Below, piece after piece: positions 52,856-57,252 of a stretch of 57,252 nucleotides of DNA. The first letter of the stretch is position 1, and every line of letters begins with the position of its first letter. This stretch comes from Bacteroidaceae bacterium (GTDB lineage: Bacteria > Bacteroidota > Bacteroidia > Bacteroidales > Bacteroidaceae), in assembly GCA_045661085.1 (NCBI GenBank), contig JAZRFA010000099.1, positions 1 to 57,252 on the forward strand. Direction: 5' to 3'. Position numbers and translations under genes: made by a program. Below the pieces are notes generated by a model, which worked only from the letters and a program-made list of their open reading frames with translations, had not been told where the DNA came from and did no database searches.

Positions 52856-53323
52856 ATGGCTTATATGTCACAAGAGGGCTACGACCAACTGTTAGCCGAA
52901 CTCAAGAGATTGGAGAGCGTGGAGCGCCCCGAGATTTCACGCCAAATCGCTGAAGCACGCGATAAGGGCGACTTGTCAGAGAATGCAGAGTATGATGCGG
53001 CCAAGGAGGCACAGGGCATGCTCGAGATGAAGATTAACCAGCTGAAGCTGACCATCAGCGAAGCACGCATCATCGACACCAGCAAGCTCAAGACCGACAC
53101 CGTGCAGGTGCTCACTAAGGTGGAGCTGAAGAATGTGAAGACTGGCATGAAGATGTGTTATGCCATCGTGCCCGAAAGCGAAGCTAACCTTAAGGCTGGT
53201 AAGATTTCGGTAAACACACCTATTGCGCAGGGACTGCTCGGCAAGAAGCCTGGTGATGTGGCCGACATCAAGACGCCTGGTGGTATGATCAGCCTCGAAG
53301 TGCTCAGCATCAGTATCGCATAA
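52856..53323 (+). CDS. greA: transcription elongation factor GreA
   Basis: GYDQLLAELKRLESVERPEISRQIAEARDKGDLSENAEYDAAKEAQ is the coiled-coil with the acidic tip. A C-terminal globular domain follows. Confidence 0.92.
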   Translation: MAYMSQEGYDQLLAELKRLESVERPEISRQIAEARDKGDLSENAEYDAAKEAQGMLEMKINQLKLTISEARIIDTSKLKTDTVQVLTKVELKNVKTGMKMCYAIVPESEANLKAGKISVNTPIAQGLLGKKPGDVADIKTPGGMISLEVLSISIA

Positions 53324-53353
53324 TACAAACTATATAATAAGGAGCACAGAGCT

Positions 53354-53746
53354 ATGGCAAGCATATTTAGCAGAATCGTAGCAGGCGAGATTCCCTGCTA
53401 CAAGGTGGCCGAGAATGAGAACTACTTTGCCTTTCTTGATATCAACCCCATGGTGAAAGGGCACACACTTGTCATCCCCAAGCGCGAAGTGGACTATATC
53501 TTCGACCTCGAAGATGAGGAGTTGGCAGGCTTGCACCTCTTTGCCAAGCAGATAGCTGTGGCACTGAAGAAGGCCTTCCCCTGCCAGCGTATCGGTATGG
53601 CTGTATTGGGTATGGAGGTGCCTCATACACACATCCACCTCATTCCCTTGCAGAAGGAGAGCGATATGCTCTTCAGCAATCCCAAGCTCTCGTTCACTCC
53701 CGAGGAGTTTGCCGAAATTGCTGCCAAGATACGCGAACAGATGTAA
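53354..53746 (+). CDS. HIT-family nucleotide hydrolase
   Basis: IFSRIVAGEIPCYKV...GHTLVIPK...HTHIHLIP (histidine triad). Confidence 0.88.
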   Translation: MASIFSRIVAGEIPCYKVAENENYFAFLDINPMVKGHTLVIPKREVDYIFDLEDEELAGLHLFAKQIAVALKKAFPCQRIGMAVLGMEVPHTHIHLIPLQKESDMLFSNPKLSFTPEEFAEIAAKIREQM

Positions 53747-53754
53747 GGCATCCT

Positions 53755-54741
53755 ATGCGTTATATTCGCAACAACAGCACCGACGTCTACTTCAATATGG
53801 CGTTCGATGAGTATGCCTTAGAGCAACTGCCGCTCGATGAGCCACTATTCTATCTGTGGCAGAATCGGTCGGCAGTTATCATTGGTATCAACCAGAACAT
53901 TTATACAGAGGTAGACCTCGACTATGCCCGTCAACATGATATTGCCGTAGCCCGTCGCATTACGGGCGGTGGAGCGGTGTACCATGACCTGGGAAATCTG
54001 AACTATACCATCGTAGGACGCAGCTCCGATATGGAGCGCGACTACCCTGAATATGCTCGCTATATGCTGCACGCCCTGCAAGCTTTGGGCATACGCGCCG
54101 AGCTTTCGGGACGCAATGATATTGTGGTTGATGGACGTAAGGTGTCGGGCTATGCCAAGCGTGTATACAAGGACCGTCTTATGGTGCATGGTACGCTGAT
54201 GTATGATGTGGACATAGAACAACTCACTCGTGTGCTTACCCCACCGGCAGGCAAGCTGGAGTCGAAGGGTATTGCCTCGGTGAAGAGCCGCGTACTCAAC
54301 TTACGCGAATACTTGCCCCAGTATGCCGGCATCAATGCTCTCATCCAAGCTCTGGAACGATATCTCTCCCGTCAGTACCAAGATGCGGAGTATCAGCTCA
54401 CCGAGGAACAGCTGAGTGAAATACGCGGCATAGCAGGGAATAAGTTTGCTACGCCCGACTGGCTGTATGGCCGTTCACCGAACAATGCTGTTGCCTATGC
54501 CAAGCGTCTGTCTTGTGGCAATGTGGCTATACATATGGATATCAAGAGGGGCGTCATCGCACAGTGCTCCATTACGGGCGATTTCTTGGGCAATGCGCCC
54601 ATAGCTGCAATAGAGACCCTCTTGCAAGGATGCCTCTATGAACGTACTGCACTGCAACAACGCCTTGCCACGGTGAGACTACAGGATTACCTGGACAATA
54701 CCGATAACGAAACATTCATCAACCTTCTTTTTAATTTGTAA
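53755..54741 (+). CDS. lplA: lipoate-protein ligase A
   Basis: 328 aa. RRITGGGAVYHDLGNLNY and KVSGYAKR are motifs of the LplA/LipB family catalytic domain, followed by the LplA C-terminal domain. Confidence 0.85.
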   Translation: MRYIRNNSTDVYFNMAFDEYALEQLPLDEPLFYLWQNRSAVIIGINQNIYTEVDLDYARQHDIAVARRITGGGAVYHDLGNLNYTIVGRSSDMERDYPEYARYMLHALQALGIRAELSGRNDIVVDGRKVSGYAKRVYKDRLMVHGTLMYDVDIEQLTRVLTPPAGKLESKGIASVKSRVLNLREYLPQYAGINALIQALERYLSRQYQDAEYQLTEEQLSEIRGIAGNKFATPDWLYGRSPNNAVAYAKRLSCGNVAIHMDIKRGVIAQCSITGDFLGNAPIAAIETLLQGCLYERTALQQRLATVRLQDYLDNTDNETFINLLFNL

Positions 54742-54745
54742 TACT

Positions 54746-55507
54746 ATGCCTATACGTAACGCTATCTTTACCATCATCAAACTGACTTTGTATTATTTTG
54801 CCTATCAGCTGGGTTTCAGTGCTGTAGCAATGGGAGTGTCACACTTGATTGTCCCAATGGATATGGTTACGATGACCTCATTGGCCATGGTCGCCTCCAC
54901 ATTGGTAATGTCGTGGCATTTAGTGCATTTTGGTTACGTGAGCCTTGCAAGGGATAGATACAGAGAGGTGAACCTTCTTGTGTTGGGGGTGTCGGCAGTT
55001 TTTATCTTCTCTGCGATGTATGTACTTAATCTACTAATCGAGCAAATAGGCCTTCCCAACACGATGGAAGACACCTTTATCGCCATGAGCCGTAATCCCT
55101 TCGGTGTGCTTTCTATTGCTTTACTGGCACCTCTGCTCGAAGAACTGCTCTTTCGTGGCGCCATACAGGGCATTCTGCTGGATACGCTGCGGAAACCGTG
55201 GATGGCCATCCTCATATCGTCGCTCATCTTCGGTGTTGTGCATATGAACCCTGCGCAAATACCCTTTGCTTTTCTCCTTGGCACGATGTTTGGCTGGCTT
55301 TACTATCGCACAGGTAGTCTGCTCCCTGGTATCATTGGGCACGTGCTTAACAACTCCGTAGCTGCTGTAAATATGATGCTCTACGGCAATGCTACCATCG
55401 AAGAACAAATCGAGAATCCGCTGACGATGTGGATATGGGCTGTAGTGGCAATAGTTGGATGTTGTATTGCTGCGTTATGGCTCAATAAAAACCTAAGGAA
55501 GCAATAA
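54746..55507 (+). CDS. CPBP-family intramembrane glutamic endopeptidase (CAAX protease-like)
   Basis: Polytopic, with motifs EELLFRG, FGVVHMN and HVLNN. Confidence 0.85.
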   Translation: MPIRNAIFTIIKLTLYYFAYQLGFSAVAMGVSHLIVPMDMVTMTSLAMVASTLVMSWHLVHFGYVSLARDRYREVNLLVLGVSAVFIFSAMYVLNLLIEQIGLPNTMEDTFIAMSRNPFGVLSIALLAPLLEELLFRGAIQGILLDTLRKPWMAILISSLIFGVVHMNPAQIPFAFLLGTMFGWLYYRTGSLLPGIIGHVLNNSVAAVNMMLYGNATIEEQIENPLTMWIWAVVAIVGCCIAALWLNKNLRKQ

Positions 55508-55510
55508 AAA

Positions 55511-55544
55511 GAAGCAGGCCCCCCGCTGCATTAGGGCCTGCTTC
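55511..55544 (-). terminator. terminator of korB (possibly bidirectional)
   Basis: GAAGCAGGCCC-12 nt-GGGCCTGCTTC forms an 11-bp stem. The T-run TTTTT follows on the minus strand. Confidence 0.7.
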
Positions 55545-55584
55545 GACGTAAGATGTGAGTTGTAAGATTACGCAGCGGTTTTTA

Positions 55585-56619
55585 TTATTTCACTTCCCAA
55601 GTGTCATTGGTGAGGAGCAGCTCCTCGAAGGTGTGGTAGGGCTTCTTGGCCTTTACCTCTTCGATTTGTGCCTCTACTGCCTCATCGTAGGTGGGAGCCT
55701 CTACGTCGCGAATCACACCGAGGGCGATGGGGAAGTCGGGGCCCTCCATCAAGGCGAGCTTGAGTTGTACGGTGTTGTCCTCGCAGTGGGCATCATGTAT
55801 GAGGATATCATCGATGGAAATGCCGTTCTCGCCAATCTTCACCACCTTAAGTCCGAAGCCCTCTTGCACGAGGCCATACTCGTTGTTCTCGCCGAACACC
55901 ATGGGTTCTCCGTGGTGCAGGTAGATAGCGTTCTTGGCACGCCCCTCCTTGTTGTAGATGCTGTCGTGAGTGCCGTCGTTGAAGATCACGCAGTTTTGCA
56001 TAATCTCGCACACCGAAGCACCCTTGTGGGCATGGGCAGCCTTGAGTATCTCTACGGTGCCTGTAGCATCGGTAGCTACGGCACGGGCAAAGAAGCGGCC
56101 ACGGGCACCGAAGCAGAGCTCGGCAGGGCGGAAGGGGTCTTCGACCGTACCATAGGGACTTGACTTGCTGACGAAGCCACGCGGACTGGTGGGCGAATAT
56201 TGTCCCTTGGTGAGACCATAGATGCGGTTGTTGAGCAATATCATGTTGAGGTTGATATTGCGGCGGTTGGCATGGATGAAGTGGTTGCCACCGATGGCGA
56301 GTCCGTCACCGTCGCCGCTCACCTGCCATACCGACAACTCGGGATTGGCAACCTTACAGCCTGTAGCAATAGCAGCTGCACGACCGTGGATGGTGTTCAT
56401 GCCATAGGTATTCATATAGTGGGGCAAGCGGCTTGAGCAACCGATACCTGAAATCACGGCAATATTGTGCGGTGCTACGCCAATCTCGGCCATAGCCTTG
56501 TGCAATGAGGCGAGGAAGAAGTGGTCGCCACAGCCAGGACACCAGCGGGGCAAACCTTTCTTATAGTCGGCAGCAGTCCAAACTCGGTCCCCCTCATTCC
56601 CCCCTTGGGGGGATGACAT
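55585..56619 (-). CDS. korB: 2-oxoacid:ferredoxin oxidoreductase beta subunit (TPP-binding)
   Basis: RWCPGCGDH and GDGDGLAIGGNH are TPP-binding motifs. The start is ATG 56619 (MSSPQGGNEGDRVW) or ATG 56649. Both lie in or next to the inserted cassette. Confidence 0.88.
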   Translation of the reverse strand: MSSPQGGNEGDRVWTAADYKKGLPRWCPGCGDHFFLASLHKAMAEIGVAPHNIAVISGIGCSSRLPHYMNTYGMNTIHGRAAAIATGCKVANPELSVWQVSGDGDGLAIGGNHFIHANRRNINLNMILLNNRIYGLTKGQYSPTSPRGFVSKSSPYGTVEDPFRPAELCFGARGRFFARAVATDATGTVEILKAAHAHKGASVCEIMQNCVIFNDGTHDSIYNKEGRAKNAIYLHHGEPMVFGENNEYGLVQEGFGLKVVKIGENGISIDDILIHDAHCEDNTVQLKLALMEGPDFPIALGVIRDVEAPTYDEAVEAQIEEVKAKKPYHTFEELLLTNDTWEVK

Positions 56620-57067
56620 GCAGGCAGTATTGCATTTATTCTGTTCCATATATTATATTCTTTTTAATTGACAATAATACATTATCTATATCACATAAGA
56701 CTTGTTCATTCGTGAAGCGGATGACTTTGAATCCATGCTGCTGCAACCATTGAGTACGCTCTTCATCGCTAATCTGCTGTTCGGGCAAAGAGTGGTAACG
56801 TCCATCCAACTCTATGATTATCCTTGCCGGCAAACAAACAAAATCGGCAATAAACTCACCTATTATATGCTGTCGTCGAAAAGGCACTCCCAACTGATGT
56901 CCTCTCAATCCTCTCCATAACACCATTTCCGCTTCAGTTGGCCTTGCTCTATTTTCACGAGCAAACTCTTTCAACAACTTGTAGATGTATGGAGCAGCTG
57001 TACAGTATGAATAGCCATCCATGACGTCACGCCTGGGTCTTCCCCCCTTGGGGGGATAAGAGGGGGG
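56589..57067. mobile_element. ~480-bp cassette carrying a DUF559 endonuclease-like gene, bounded by C6-TT-G6 hairpin repeats
   Basis: The left end is CCCCCTCATTCCCCCCTTGGGGGGAT (56589-56614). The right end is TTCCCCCCTTGGGGGGATAAGAGGGGGG (57040-57067). The 18-mer TTCCCCCCTTGGGGGGAT is a direct repeat. Because the core is self-complementary, the ends also read as imperfect ~26-bp terminal inverted repeats. Confidence 0.6.
56636..57022 (-). CDS. DUF559 (Vsr-like endonuclease fold) domain protein
   Basis: ARENRARPTEAEMVLWRGLRGHQLGVPFRRQHIIGEFIADFVCLPARIIIELDGRYH...DEERTQWLQQHGFKVIRFTNEQV matches the DUF559 pattern (TxAExxLW...FRRQ...DF...ElDG..H...D..R...L...G..v.RF.N.ev). Confidence 0.85.
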   Translation of the reverse strand: MDGYSYCTAAPYIYKLLKEFARENRARPTEAEMVLWRGLRGHQLGVPFRRQHIIGEFIADFVCLPARIIIELDGRYHSLPEQQISDEERTQWLQQHGFKVIRFTNEQVLCDIDNVLLSIKKNIIYGTE

Positions 57068-57252
57068 CTAATGCATTGACTAGTGTGCTGACCTCGAAAG
57101 GCTGTCCCTTCACTTCGTTGTACTGCATAGGAACGAAGCCATCGACCTTCATGCGCAACCATGCGGCAAGCTGTCCGCCGTTCTGCTCGGCCACAACTAC
57201 CTTAGGATACTTGCGCAATACCTCGGCCGTGTTGGCAGGCAGGGGGTTGATG
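57027..57252 (-). CDS. korA: 2-oxoacid:ferredoxin oxidoreductase alpha subunit, C-terminal 74 codons (gene runs off the window end)
   Basis: ...LPANTAEVLRKYPKVVVAEQNGGQLAAWLRMKVDGFVPMQYNEVKGQPF... shows position and similarity to KorA/PorA C-termini. The last residues, SPQGGKTQA, are encoded by the cassette repeat. Confidence 0.7.
   Translation of the reverse strand, partial: INPLPANTAEVLRKYPKVVVAEQNGGQLAAWLRMKVDGFVPMQYNEVKGQPFEVSTLVNALAPLLSPQGGKTQA

Overview
This window is from a Bacteroidota chromosome, most likely a Prevotella/Segatella-like gut Bacteroidales. The evidence is T9SS C-terminal sorting domains, TAnnTTTG promoter boxes, no Shine-Dalgarno sites, and recurring AATTGAGAATTGAAAATTG and AGCGAGCGAGA intergenic repeats. 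Layout: (1) 1-5756 is an ordinary housekeeping block: frdC 5' end, dut, TPR lipoprotein, DUF4292-like lipoprotein, EnvC-like M23 protein and cysE. (2) 5757-29258 is island A, with two tandem giant genes (3016 aa and 4272 aa) encoding modular beta-helix/GLUG-like T9SS cargo proteins. A 58-aa acidic Gly-rich ORF sits between them, bracketed by a hairpin and a strong terminator. (3) 29259-29485 is an orphaned ancestral junction made of a displaced cysE 3' end, a terminator-like hairpin and a displaced tRNA 3' half. (4) 29486-34089 is island B, a 1451-aa GH-like/ricin/FN3/LamG T9SS cargo gene. (5) 34090-34163 is an intact tRNA with a CAT anticodon. (6) 34166-38540 is a mobile-element-like remnant with an HU-type DNA-binding gene, a DUF3987-type P-loop gene, three families of phased iteron-like repeats and a RelE/ParE toxin-antitoxin pair. 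(7) 38771-40633 holds a HAD hydrolase and a ribF whose kinase domain carries in-frame repeat insertions. (8) 40720-50262 is a surface-glycan block: a YfhO-like gene, a GT10 fucosyltransferase, three GT2 genes and LicD, then fabZ-fabF and a truncated fabH. (9) 50552-57252 holds a membrane LytTR regulator, manC, greA, HIT, lplA, a CPBP protease and korB/korA, with a DUF559 endonuclease cassette inserted between korA and korB. No integrase, transposase, CRISPR array or rRNA is visible. The most interesting signal is the scarred cysE/tRNA hotspot that has accumulated three T9SS cargo genes, including the cassette-sharing giant pair. Family names come from my recognition of motifs, not from any search.
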